From: an uncultured delta proteobacterium
GTDB taxonomy: Bacteria > Desulfobacterota > Syntrophia > Syntrophales > UBA2185
Direction: 5' to 3'
Assembly (NCBI GenBank): GCA_963695875.1
Contig: CAVOID010000011.1
Location: 128,001-192,000, forward strand
DNA length: 64,000 nt
Of this stretch, positions 1 through 9,504 are shown in pieces. The notes beneath the pieces are model-generated. The model was not told the origin of the DNA, did no database searches, and was given only the letters and a program-made list of their open reading frames with translations. The translations under genes and the position numbers were made by a program. Numbering within the stretch: position 1 is the first letter of the stretch; each line of letters starts with the position of its first letter.

Positions 1-1
1 C

Positions 2-1741
2 GAAAAAGTTAAACAAGGGATAAAGGTAGAACGATACGACACTTTGCGGAGAAGGAAAGACGGGACACTGATTGATGTTGCAGTTACTGTGTCTCCGGTA
101 ATGAGTGAAGAAGGAAAGTTGATAGGCCTTTCGGTAATCGACCGTGACATCACATTGCAGAAGAAAGCCGACCGATATGCCCGCAGCCTGGCAGCCATCG
201 TCCAGTCGTCTGAAGACGCCGTCATCAGCGAAGCTCTCGACGGGACCATCACAAGCTGGAACCCGGCTGCGAAAAAAATGTTCGGGTACAGTGAGAAGGA
301 AGCGCTGGGCAAACCCATGTCCATTATCGGTACGCCGGACCGTATCGATGAGTTCAAAGAGATTATCGAAAGGGTCAAGCGGGGGGTAACAGTCGAACGC
401 TATGAAACCGAGCGTAAACGGAAAGACGGCTCGCTGGTTGATGTTTCGGTCACTGTGTCTCCGGTGAGAGATGAGGAAGGAAAGCTGATAGGGCTTTCGG
501 CAATCGACAGGGATATCACCGCCCAGAAACAAGCCTCCCAGTACGCCCGCAGCCTCATTGAGGCTTCTCTTGACCCGCTGGTAACCATCAGCCCGGACGG
601 CAAGGTCACAGACGTTAACGAAGCCACCGTCAAAGTAACCGGCGTCCCGCGGGAGAAACTCATCGGGACCGACTTCTCCAGTTATTTCACAGAGCCTGAC
701 AAAGCAGCCGACGGCTATCAACTGGTTTTTTCCGAAGGAACGGTTACGGACTATCCTCTTACCATCCGTCACTATGATGGAAAGCTCACAGACGTTTTGT
801 ACAACGCATCCGTGTACAAAGACGTAGCAGGCAACGTCCTCGGCGTTTTCGCCGCCGCCCGTGATGTGACGGCGCAAAAGCAGGCCTCTCAGTATGCCCG
901 CAGTCTGATTGAAGCTTCTCTCGACCCCCTGGTCACCATCAGCCCCGACGGCAAGATTACCGACGTCAATGAAGCCACCATCAAAGTCACCGGCATCTCC
1001 CGTGAGAGACTCATCGGCACCGACTTCGCCGACTATTTTACCGAACCCGAGAAGGCGCGGGAAGGCTACAAACAGGTGCTGGCCAAAGGGTACGTCACGG
1101 ACTACCCACTGACCATCCGTCATAATGATGGAAAGCTCACAGACGTTTTGTACAATGCCTCCGTGTACAAAGACGTAACCGGCAACGTCCTCGGCGTTTT
1201 TGCCGCCGCTCGTGATGTGACGGCACAGAAGCAAGCCTCCCAGTACGCACGCAGCCTCATCGAAGCGTCTCTCGACCCTCTGGTTACCATCAGCGCCGAC
1301 GGTAAGATTACCGACGTCAACGAAGCCACCATCAAAGTCACCGGCATCTCCCGAGAGAAGCTCATCGGCACCGACTTCGCCAATTACTTTACCGAACCCG
1401 AGAAGGCACGGGAAGGCTACAAACAGGTCCTGGCCAAGAGCTATGTCACGGACTATCCCCTGACCATCCGCCACAGGGATGGACATCTTACGGAGGTTCT
1501 GTATAACGCTTCCGTGTATAAAGACGTAGCCGGCGACGTCCTCGGTGTTTTCGCCGCCGCCCGCGATATCACCGGCCAGAGAAAGGCTGAAGCGCAGGTG
1601 GCTGAGCAAAGAACGAAGGAGCTGGAAAGACTGGCGGAACTGGAAAGATTCCAGAAATTGACAGTCGGACGGGAGCTGAAGATGATAGAGCTTAAAAAGG
1701 AAATCGAGGAATTAAAAAGAAGGCTCGGTGAAGCCTCATGA
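2..1741 (+). CDS. Multi-PAS/PAC sensor protein with no catalytic output domain in the visible part (5'-partial; frame open from window start)
   Basis: At least 5 PAS/PAC units (ITSWNPAAKKMFGYS; ITDVNEAT...RDVT); ends in coiled coil ERFQKLTVGRELKMIELKKEIEEL. Confidence 0.9.
   Translation, partial: EKVKQGIKVERYDTLRRRKDGTLIDVAVTVSPVMSEEGKLIGLSVIDRDITLQKKADRYARSLAAIVQSSEDAVISEALDGTITSWNPAAKKMFGYSEKEALGKPMSIIGTPDRIDEFKEIIERVKRGVTVERYETERKRKDGSLVDVSVTVSPVRDEEGKLIGLSAIDRDITAQKQASQYARSLIEASLDPLVTISPDGKVTDVNEATVKVTGVPREKLIGTDFSSYFTEPDKAADGYQLVFSEGTVTDYPLTIRHYDGKLTDVLYNASVYKDVAGNVLGVFAAARDVTAQKQASQYARSLIEASLDPLVTISPDGKITDVNEATIKVTGISRERLIGTDFADYFTEPEKAREGYKQVLAKGYVTDYPLTIRHNDGKLTDVLYNASVYKDVTGNVLGVFAAARDVTAQKQASQYARSLIEASLDPLVTISADGKITDVNEATIKVTGISREKLIGTDFANYFTEPEKAREGYKQVLAKSYVTDYPLTIRHRDGHLTEVLYNASVYKDVAGDVLGVFAAARDITGQRKAEAQVAEQRTKELERLAELERFQKLTVGRELKMIELKKEIEELKRRLGEAS
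524..1576 (+). repeat. Three tandem 351-bp (117-aa) PAS repeats
   Basis: QKQASQYARSLIEASLDPLVTIS unit starts at 524, 875 and 1226 with exact 351-nt spacing. Confidence 0.95.
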
Positions 1742-1758
1742 CTTGGAAGTAGAAGAAG

Positions 1759-2751
1759 ATGGAAAAGATATCAGATGAAAAGATCGAATCCTTGAGAGAA
1801 TTCCGGTTAGCCACCCTCAATATCCTGGAAGATTTCAACACGGAGAAAAGTCATTTTGAAATGACACAGAAAGCCACCTTCAATATCCTCGAGGACTTCA
1901 ACGCAGACAGGCTCCGAATGAATGATACCCAGCGGGCCGTTCTTAATATCCTGGAGGATTTGAACGAGTCCAACGAAGAGCTGAAAAAGGCGCACGATGT
2001 CCTTGAAGAACGCGTCAGGGAACGGACCGCCGAGCTGGCACGGTCCAATGCCGAGCTGGAACAATTCGCCTACATAGCCTCTCACGACCTCCAGGAGCCT
2101 CTGCGAATGATCTCAAGCTACGTCCAGCTCCTGGCAAAGAGGTATAAGGGGAAGCTGGAACAGGATGCCGATGACTTTATCGGATATGCTACAGATGGGG
2201 CTCTGAGAATGCAGAGACTGATTAATGATTTGCTTGCCTATTCACGTGTCGGCACCCGCGGGAAGAGCTTTGGAGAAGTGAATCTCGATACGGTCTTAGC
2301 TCAGGCCTTGGAGAATCTGCAACTGGTTATCAAAGAAAAGCACGCCGTCATAACCCACGCCCCCTTGCCAATGGCATATGGAGACAGTGGTCAGCTGACA
2401 CAGGTTTTCCAGAACCTGATTGATAACGCCATCAAATTCCGTAGTGATGAAGCCGCCCAGGAGTCCACGTTTCAGCCAGAATTGAGGGAGGTGAATGTAT
2501 TTGTTCAGTACAGGATAATGGCATAGGCATTGCCCCGGAATATGTCAACAGGCTTTTCCTGTTGTTCCAGAGGCTGCATACCAGTAAGGAGTATCCGGGT
2601 ACAGGTCTAGGTTTGGCAATCTGCAAAAGAATCATGGAGCGGCACGGAGGCAAGATATGGGTTGAATCAAGACCGGGCAAAGGCTCAACCTTTTATTTCA
2701 GAATACCTACTACAGCAAAGGAGTTATTACCATGGATGAATACCCGGGTAA
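1759..2751 (+). CDS. Cytoplasmic sensor histidine kinase (Cph1-type HisKA + HATPase), frameshifted near 2455
   Basis: H-box [14 protein letters not shown] and N-box [13 protein letters not shown] in ORF 1759-2526; DNGIGI, FQRLH and [10 protein letters not shown] continue in another frame; end is approximate. Confidence 0.85.
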
Positions 2752-3176
2752 GAGTAATCGACATCTTACTTGTTGAGGATAATCCGGGCGATGTACGTCT
2801 GGCGCAGGAGGCCCTTAAAGAAAGCAAGGTAAGGAACCGGTTGTTTGTTGTTGCAGATGGAGTTGAAGCTATGGCGTTCCTCCGGCAACAGGGCATATAT
2901 GCCGATAAGCCCCGCCCTGATTTAATCCTGCTTGACCTTAATTTGCCGCGTAAAAGCGGACGCGAGGTACTCGCGGAAATCAAGAATGATGAAAACCTGA
3001 AGCGAATCCCGGTGGTGATACTGACCGTCTCAAAGGCTGAAGAGGATATTGTGAAGTGCTATAACTATCACGCCAACTGCTATATAACTAAACCTCTGGA
3101 TTTCAATCAGTTCATGGAAGTGACAAAGGCAATCGAGGAATTCTGGCTGACCATTGTCAAACTCCCACCAGGATAG
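2732..3176 (+). CDS. Single-domain response regulator (Rcp1-like)
   Basis: [29 protein letters not shown] aaggag at 2718-2723 before ATG 2732; a probable extra G near 2746 shifts the start out of frame. Confidence 0.85.
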
Positions 3177-3183
3177 GCACGTA

Positions 3184-4638
3184 ATGAGAATCCTGCTGAT
3201 TGAAGATAATCCTGGTGACATCCGGCTTGTTCAGGAAATATTGAAAGAAGCCCCGGGCGATTTCACTCTTAATGTTGCAGAAAGGCTCGGCAAAGGCTTA
3301 GAGTTTTTGCTGTCTAACAATATAGATGTGGTATTGCTGGACATGAACTTGCCTGACAGCCGCGGATTGGAAACACTTACCAAAATGCGGACCAGGTTCC
3401 AGCATCTGCCGGTTGTGATAATGACATCCATTGTTGATGAGTCACTCGCTGTTAAAGCGGTACATCTCGGGGCTCAGGACTACCTGGTAAAGGGAGAGAC
3501 AGATGTCAGGTTATTGTGGCGAAGTCTTGTGTATGCCGTTGAGCGCAAGCTGGTCGAAAAGGCGATGTTACGCGCAAAGCAGGAATGGGAGCGGACCTTT
3601 GATGCCGTGCCGGATCTCGTTGCCATCCTGGACGACCAGTACCGTATCCTGCGTGTTAACAGGGCTATGGCCGAGCGTCTGGGACTGCACCCGGATGAGT
3701 GCATCGGAAAGATCTGCTATACCCAGGTGCATGGACTGGACTGCCCGCCGTCTTTTTGCCCACACGCCCTCGCCCTGGCCGACGGCCGGGAACATCTTGT
3801 CGAAGTGTACGAAGAAGGCCTGGGCGGTCATTTCCTGGTCAGCGCCACGCCTCTTACAGACGAGCAGGGACGGCTGATCGGTTCCGTTCACATTGCCCGC
3901 GACATCACCGAACGCAAAAAAGCCGAAGACGCCCTGAAGGAGCATACTGCCGCGCTGGAGGTTGCCAATAAGGATTTGGAGAGCTTCAGCTATTCCGTTT
4001 CCCATGACCTACGCGCACCCCTTCGCGCCATTGACGGGTACGCACGCATGATTCTCAAAAAGCAGGGCGATAAATTTGATGAAGATACAACACGTAAATT
4101 TAATGACATAAGGTTTAACATACAGATGATGGGTCGGCTCATCGATGATCTCCTTGCTTTCTCTCGACTGGGCCGAAAGCAAATAGCCATGTCACGAGTG
4201 GACATGGAGGAACTCATCAGGGATGTATGGAAGGAACAGAGGAGCATCAACCCTGACAGGAATATGCTGCTTACAGTCAACGGCATGCCTTTCGGTTATG
4301 GAGACAAGCCGCTCATCAAACAAGTGTATTACAATCTTCTGGCAAATTCGGCCAAATTCAGTAAATTTCGGGATCCCGCCCATATTGAAGCTGGCGGTTA
4401 TACCGACGCAAATGAGGATGTGTATTATGTAAAAGACAACGGTGTCGGTTTCGATATGGCATACTATGATAAACTGTTTGGCGTTTTTCAGCGTCTTCAT
4501 AACCCCGATGAGTTCGAGGGAACCGGCGTCGGCTTGGCAACTGTCCAGCGCATCATACACAGGCATGGCGGGCGGGTGTGGGCGGAAGGAAAAGTAAATG
4601 AGGGAGCCACATTCTATTTCACGCTACCACATAGCTGA
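3184..4638 (+). CDS. Hybrid REC-PAS histidine kinase
   Basis: N-terminal REC (ILLIEDNPGD, LLDMNLPD), PAS with CY..VH...CP, SHDLRAPLR H-box, GTGVGLA G2 box. Confidence 0.92.
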   Translation: MRILLIEDNPGDIRLVQEILKEAPGDFTLNVAERLGKGLEFLLSNNIDVVLLDMNLPDSRGLETLTKMRTRFQHLPVVIMTSIVDESLAVKAVHLGAQDYLVKGETDVRLLWRSLVYAVERKLVEKAMLRAKQEWERTFDAVPDLVAILDDQYRILRVNRAMAERLGLHPDECIGKICYTQVHGLDCPPSFCPHALALADGREHLVEVYEEGLGGHFLVSATPLTDEQGRLIGSVHIARDITERKKAEDALKEHTAALEVANKDLESFSYSVSHDLRAPLRAIDGYARMILKKQGDKFDEDTTRKFNDIRFNIQMMGRLIDDLLAFSRLGRKQIAMSRVDMEELIRDVWKEQRSINPDRNMLLTVNGMPFGYGDKPLIKQVYYNLLANSAKFSKFRDPAHIEAGGYTDANEDVYYVKDNGVGFDMAYYDKLFGVFQRLHNPDEFEGTGVGLATVQRIIHRHGGRVWAEGKVNEGATFYFTLPHS

Positions 4639-4643
4639 GATAG

Positions 4644-4754
4644 ATATTAAAAGTGGCCAGAACCATTGCAGATCTCGAAGAGGAAGATAAGATACTATCC
4701 AGCCATGTGGCCGAAGCCATTCAGTACAGAAACCTTGATAGAAAGATGATTTGA
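4644..4754 (+). pseudogene. comM: comM/yifB (Mg-chelatase-like) 3'-end fragment, copy 1; putative att site
   Basis: Translates [36 protein letters not shown], the ComM C-terminal signature, with no upstream gene body. Confidence 0.85.
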
Positions 4755-4897
4755 TATAAAAGAGGTGCGCCATATCATGATTGCAAATTCGATAATCTCC
4801 TTATTTATGAACCGCAGCACTTAGTCATTGCTTTCTGAATGGTTCGCATCTGCTATTTAACGTTTTATTTCGTCATCTGTTTATCCAGTTGATACAA

Positions 4898-5884
4898 CTA
4901 TTTTACTGCAGCGCGGTTGCATGCTCTACAGGATGGCCTACCTTTAGACGGTAGGTCATGTCTATTAATAATAGGGATGGGGGTTTCTTTTTTGCACAAG
5001 ATATATAGCTCGTCATCTGTAACTTTTGCAATGTAATGGGTGTGCCCGAACATCTGATAAATATATCTATAAGGTTCTGATAAATCAATTATATGAAACA
5101 TAGCTTTGGCAACTATACCTAAAATAATGGTCTGCTGTAATTTAAGAGATTTTTCAATCTTTTCGAGACGGTTATATAACGTATTTTCCAATGATCTTGC
5201 TCTATGTCGTTTTTTCCCTGATTTATTCATTTCTAAATCTAATCTTCTTTTGCGCAGTTCATATTTCTTCTGAAACATCTCATATTTCTTATTCGACTGC
5301 TCCTTGCGTAGCTCCTGCCATTTGCGGGAAATTTCCAGCCTTTTATTAATCACCTCTTTACGAAACTCCCACCTCTTTTTTTTCTCCACAAACATCTCAT
5401 ATTTTTTATTCAGCTGATCTTGGCGTAGCTCTCGCCATTTATGAGAATTTTCAAGCTTTTTGTCACCTAATTCTTTACGAAGTTCCCCATTCTTTTGCTT
5501 TTCCAAGAGAAATTCTTTTAAAAAATAAATCGCAATTTGTTTATAAAAATCCCTCGCCACAGTTGTGTCTGATTCATTGTTATGCTCGAATTCTATCGGG
5601 ACTTTATACCTGTCTAATAGATTTTCACCATGTTCGTCAAATTGGCTGATTTCCTTCTTCTTATGGAAGTATTCTGTTATTTTTTTATTCTTGGCCTTTC
5701 TTATAGATTGATGTAACTGATGCATGTCGTCTGGATCAGTTTCAAGGAGATGAAGCCATACATCTTGAAAAGCATCACTATTTACAGGACAATGCTCACT
5801 TATTATTCTTGATATCTCTTCTACCTTCATAGTTCCTCCATCATCAGCCATATGATCCGGATAGGCAGATTTTGTTTTGATCAC
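4898..5884 (-). CDS. Hypothetical AT-rich, Lys/Glu-rich coiled-coil protein with internal 39-aa duplication
   Basis: 328-aa ORF; KKLENSHKWRELRQDQLNKKYEMF and KRLEISRKWQELRKEQSNKKYEMF lie 117 nt apart. Confidence 0.65.
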   Translation of the reverse strand: MIKTKSAYPDHMADDGGTMKVEEISRIISEHCPVNSDAFQDVWLHLLETDPDDMHQLHQSIRKAKNKKITEYFHKKKEISQFDEHGENLLDRYKVPIEFEHNNESDTTVARDFYKQIAIYFLKEFLLEKQKNGELRKELGDKKLENSHKWRELRQDQLNKKYEMFVEKKKRWEFRKEVINKRLEISRKWQELRKEQSNKKYEMFQKKYELRKRRLDLEMNKSGKKRHRARSLENTLYNRLEKIEKSLKLQQTIILGIVAKAMFHIIDLSEPYRYIYQMFGHTHYIAKVTDDELYILCKKETPIPIINRHDLPSKGRPSCRACNRAAVK

Positions 5885-5982
5885 ATAGATTGAACTATAA
5901 GATGGTATCTCGAAAAAGATAAATCAAAATTTTATATCAAAAGCCATGACAAGATTGCCATGCTAGCTGATAATATGAACCC

Positions 5983-6029
5983 AGTATGTCGAATAATTGT
6001 CGACATACTATGCTGAATTATGCTATAAT
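5983..6029 (+). promoter_or_regulatory. abiE promoter with perfect 10-bp inverted repeat (putative operator) and extended -10
   Basis: agtatgtcga-N7-tcgacatact at 5983-6009; TGcTATAAT at 6021-6029. Confidence 0.65.
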
Positions 6030-6069
6030 AGTTCAAACAAGATGATCGAAAAAGTCAAAGGCGGCGGAA

Positions 6070-6723
6070 ATGTTTGAAGAACTACGGAACAAGATAACAA
6101 GTGAAGAGTTTGACTATCAAGCCCTTCTGAACTGCCTTCGGGAATATGACCGACCACGTGATAAGATCACGGATTTGCTGAAGCAGGGTGCCATTATACG
6201 TATAAAGAAGGGTATCTATGTTTTTGGAGAGAGATATAGACGACGACCCTTTTCCAGAGAGGTTTTGGCAAACATGATCTACGGACCTTCTTACATATCC
6301 CTCGATTATGCCTTGCATTACTATGGCATGATTCCGGAACGCGTTGAGGCTGTAACATCGGTCACCTGTAGCCGGGGCAGGCGCTTTTCCACCCCCGTCG
6401 GTCTTTTCATGTACCGTGGTATTTCCATGAATGCCTATCAGATCGGCATTGATCAAGTGGTACTCGATAGGGGGCGCACTTTCTTAATTGCAGTCCCGGA
6501 AAAGGCTCTGTCCGACAAGATCCATGATGACCGGGGAACGAGTGTTCGAACCCAGACGGACATGAGGGCATATCTGCTGGACAACTTGCGGATTGATCCT
6601 GAAAGGCTGGAAAAGCTAAACACCGACATGCTCTCTCTGATCGCCGACCGTTACCGGTCCCGGAAGATACGGCTGCTAAGCGATTTGCTTCGTAAGCTGG
6701 GTGGGAGGAAGAACAATGAATGA
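6070..6723 (+). CDS. abiEi: Type IV TA antitoxin, AbiEi-like
   Basis: RIKKGIY, PSYISLDYALHYYGMIPE, IAVPEKALSD; overlaps the downstream AbiEii gene. Confidence 0.85.
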   Translation: MFEELRNKITSEEFDYQALLNCLREYDRPRDKITDLLKQGAIIRIKKGIYVFGERYRRRPFSREVLANMIYGPSYISLDYALHYYGMIPERVEAVTSVTCSRGRRFSTPVGLFMYRGISMNAYQIGIDQVVLDRGRTFLIAVPEKALSDKIHDDRGTSVRTQTDMRAYLLDNLRIDPERLEKLNTDMLSLIADRYRSRKIRLLSDLLRKLGGRKNNE

Positions 6724-7582
6724 AGTAATTGCCCGCATGCTCGACCGGTACGAGAGTAGAAGTGTGGAGGACTATGTGAGAGCCCTTCGGGAGATACTGC
6801 AGGAGATTGCACTGCTCGGCCTCTGGCGGAGCAAATTTTTTGAGAAGGCTGCCTTTTACGGGGGCACAGCTCTCAGGATTCTTTACGGGATTGACCGTTA
6901 TTCGGAAGACCTCGATTTCTCGCTGCTCAAGCCAATGCCTGATTTCGATATTTCGCGATATATCAGTGCCCTGGAGCGTGAGGTCCGGTCGTTTGGGTTC
7001 GAGGTGAGTGTGACGGTAAGAGAGAAGAATGCAGAAAGTCCAGTACAGTCGGCTTTTCTGAAAGCTGACACCCTGAAGCACCTGTTAGTCATAGAAACAG
7101 CAGAAGACATTGCCAGGCAGATCCCCCGCGGACAGGTCATGAAAATTAGAATCGAGGTCGATACTGACCCGCCAATGGGGTTTGACACTGAAAACAAGTT
7201 TCTCCTTCAGCCGATCCCCTTCTCGGTCAGAACATTTGTCCTTTCTGACCTATTCGCCGGCAAAATGCACGCCGTTCTGTGCAGGCAATGGAAGAGTCGG
7301 GTTAAGGGCCGTGATTGGTACGACCTCGTCTGGTATGCCTCGCACCATCCGCAACTACATCTCGACCACCTCGAACAGAGGATGATCCAGAGTAGACACG
7401 CGAAGGAAGGGGACCGCCTGACCAAGGAGAAATTCTTCTTACTGACATCAAACGCAATTGATAAACTGGATATAAATCAGGTCAAGAAGGAAGTGGAACC
7501 TTTCGTGAAGAACCCTGATGCTCTGCAAGTTTGGTCGAAGGAGTTCTTCAGGGATGTTGTCAAAAGGATTGTGCTGGTCTGA
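6716..7582 (+). CDS. abiEii: Type IV TA toxin, AbiEii/AbiGii nucleotidyltransferase
   Basis: FYGGTALRILYGIDRYSEDLDF, KMHAVL and KGRDWYD motifs. Confidence 0.9.
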   Translation: MNEVIARMLDRYESRSVEDYVRALREILQEIALLGLWRSKFFEKAAFYGGTALRILYGIDRYSEDLDFSLLKPMPDFDISRYISALEREVRSFGFEVSVTVREKNAESPVQSAFLKADTLKHLLVIETAEDIARQIPRGQVMKIRIEVDTDPPMGFDTENKFLLQPIPFSVRTFVLSDLFAGKMHAVLCRQWKSRVKGRDWYDLVWYASHHPQLHLDHLEQRMIQSRHAKEGDRLTKEKFFLLTSNAIDKLDINQVKKEVEPFVKNPDALQVWSKEFFRDVVKRIVLV

Positions 7583-8085
7583 AGGATGTTCTGATCGACA
7601 TTTGTTCCGAACATGCGAATATTTCCTGAACGAAACAAAAACAGCAAAGATAAGATAACCAATTTATCAAATACGAAGGGTAATGTCCGACCATCTGACC
7701 AGATCATTTATTACAGGTTCAAACATGCAAGGCTGAACTGTTTATTTTTCCGTTCAAGAAAAAAGTGCATGTCTTCCTGTTATCAATGACCCAATGGATT
7801 TCTCAATCATACAACACTTCAAGCGGTAATCTGTTGTTGATGTTCCATCGACACACGAGACCGTTCTTCATATACTCTTGCCGCAAGAAGTAATATCTTA
7901 AGGCTGAATATCATCCCTTGTTATCAGTTCTTACCTACCATTCCCCTACTTAACAATCCCTATTCTTTTACATCATCAAATGAGGTAGTGGGATTAGAAA
8001 ATAGTCAAGGAGGACTTTAATTACCCGAGTTCTTCAAGGCGTAGGGATAAACTATGAACACTTCATTCAGAGAAAGGAGATCATC

Positions 8086-8787
8086 ATGGCTGAAATACCA
8101 GGTTTGAAAGTAACGAACGTCGTTCTCGTACACGGTGGCTTCGTGGACGGCTCTGGTTGGGAAAGCGTCTATAAGATCCTGACGAAGGGCGGCTACTCGG
8201 TCAGCGTCGTTCAGAATCCGACGATATCTCTGGCCGGCGATGTCGCTGCAACCAAGCGTATTATTGCCGCGCAGAATGGCCCAGTGGTTCTCGTCGGCCA
8301 CTCCTATGGCGGAGTAGTGATCACGGAAGCCGGCAACGATCCAAAGGTGGCGGCGCTCGTCTATATCACCGCCTTTGCCCCCGACAGGGGCGAGTCGGTG
8401 TCCACTCTTATCAAGAATCCACCGCCAGGCGCGCCTGTGCCTCCGATACTGCCGCCGCAGGACGGATATCTATTACTCGACAAAGCGAAGTTCCCCGCCT
8501 CATTCGCGGGTGACGTGGACAATGAAAGGGCCGCGTTCATGGCAGACTCCCAAGTCCCATGGGGCGTGGACGCACTCAGCGGCACGATCAGCGAGCCGGC
8601 TTGGAAGACCAAGCCGAGCTGGTACCTGGTTGCCACAGACGATAAGATGATCCCACCGGCGGCTCAGCGCTTTATGTCCAAGCGCGCTGGTTCAACTGTT
8701 GTCGAGGTCGCGGGCAGTCACGCGATCTACGTGTCGCAGCCGAATGCCGTGGCCGCGCTCATCGAAAAGGCCGCTATAGGGAAGTGA
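8086..8787 (+). CDS. Alpha/beta hydrolase
   Basis: VLVHGG, GHSYGG nucleophile elbow, D...GSH catalytic residues; RBS aaggag. Confidence 0.9.
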   Translation: MAEIPGLKVTNVVLVHGGFVDGSGWESVYKILTKGGYSVSVVQNPTISLAGDVAATKRIIAAQNGPVVLVGHSYGGVVITEAGNDPKVAALVYITAFAPDRGESVSTLIKNPPPGAPVPPILPPQDGYLLLDKAKFPASFAGDVDNERAAFMADSQVPWGVDALSGTISEPAWKTKPSWYLVATDDKMIPPAAQRFMSKRAGSTVVEVAGSHAIYVSQPNAVAALIEKAAIGK

Positions 8788-8906
8788 AAGCTGTGGCGAA
8801 CTGAGCCTGATGAACACGCATATAAGCCGTCTGCAAAGAGGACCGGCAAAATACGTTGAGGAATCAGGAAGAGGATGTGTCAGTAAAAAAGATTCCCAAC
8901 CAAATC

Positions 8907-8942
8907 AAAAGGCAGGGTCAGAATGGCACTGCCTTTCTTATT
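8907..8942 (+). terminator. Putative intrinsic terminator after the hydrolase gene
   Basis: aaaggcag...ctgccttt stem followed by T-rich tract. Confidence 0.45.
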
Positions 8943-9000
8943 GAGCATTTCAAATCGTAATCGTCGGTATAATCTCATCACACAAATTATTGATAAGTAG

Positions 9001-9063
9001 ATACTGTCCAGCCATGTGGCCGAAGCCATTCAGTACAGGAACCTTGATAGAAAGATGATTTGA
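9001..9063 (+). pseudogene. comM: comM 3'-end fragment, copy 2; putative att site
   Basis: [20 protein letters not shown]; nearly identical to 4692-4754, with similarity extending ~28 nt past the stop. Confidence 0.85.
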
Positions 9064-9293
9064 TGAAAAAGAAGTATGTCATTTCATGATTATTCTATCT
9101 ATTCTGATGAGATTACCGCGCACCCGCTGATTCCCCACGCTCCGCTCGGGACTTCGGCTCACCGCGATGGCGGATGATTTTCAGCTACTCTTTCCTTATC
9201 GCTGGATTTAGGTAATATATTAATCGATAATTGTCGGCTTTAGCAGCTGAAAAGGACTGCTAACTCGTTCAAAATACCCTTCCTGATTAATCC

Positions 9294-9384
9294 TTGACAT
9301 CAGCTCCAGAGAAGTTTATATTACGTTAACTGGTTTTGGTTCATATGTCCTCAGAGCCTGTTAAAGGCTGCTGGGGATTTTTTT
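9294..9384 (+). promoter_or_regulatory. sigma70 promoter and leader hairpin/U-tract upstream of rhlE
   Basis: TTGACA-17-TATATT at 9294-9322; hairpin 9348-9377 followed by T7. Confidence 0.6.
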
Positions 9385-9504
9385 GATGAAAAAAAGATTT
9401 ACTTAAAGTGTATGGCCGATTCCTGTCGGAGACAGGAGGAATCAGAAATTAAATATCCGCCCCAAAGTTGTACTGGGGCGAATACATAGGAAAAAGGAAT
9501 AACA

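Noticed and set aside
524..1576. PAS repeats as DGR template/variable regions or as a CRISPR array
   Set aside because: The repeats are in-frame and contiguous, differences are not adenine-specific, and there are no spacers, reverse transcriptase or cas genes
2562..3176. Apparent HATPase-receiver fusion ORF
   Set aside because: Removing one G from cccggg (2743-2748) gives the kinase a stop (WMNTR*) and puts ATG 2732 with its RBS in frame ([13 protein letters not shown]); likely an indel error
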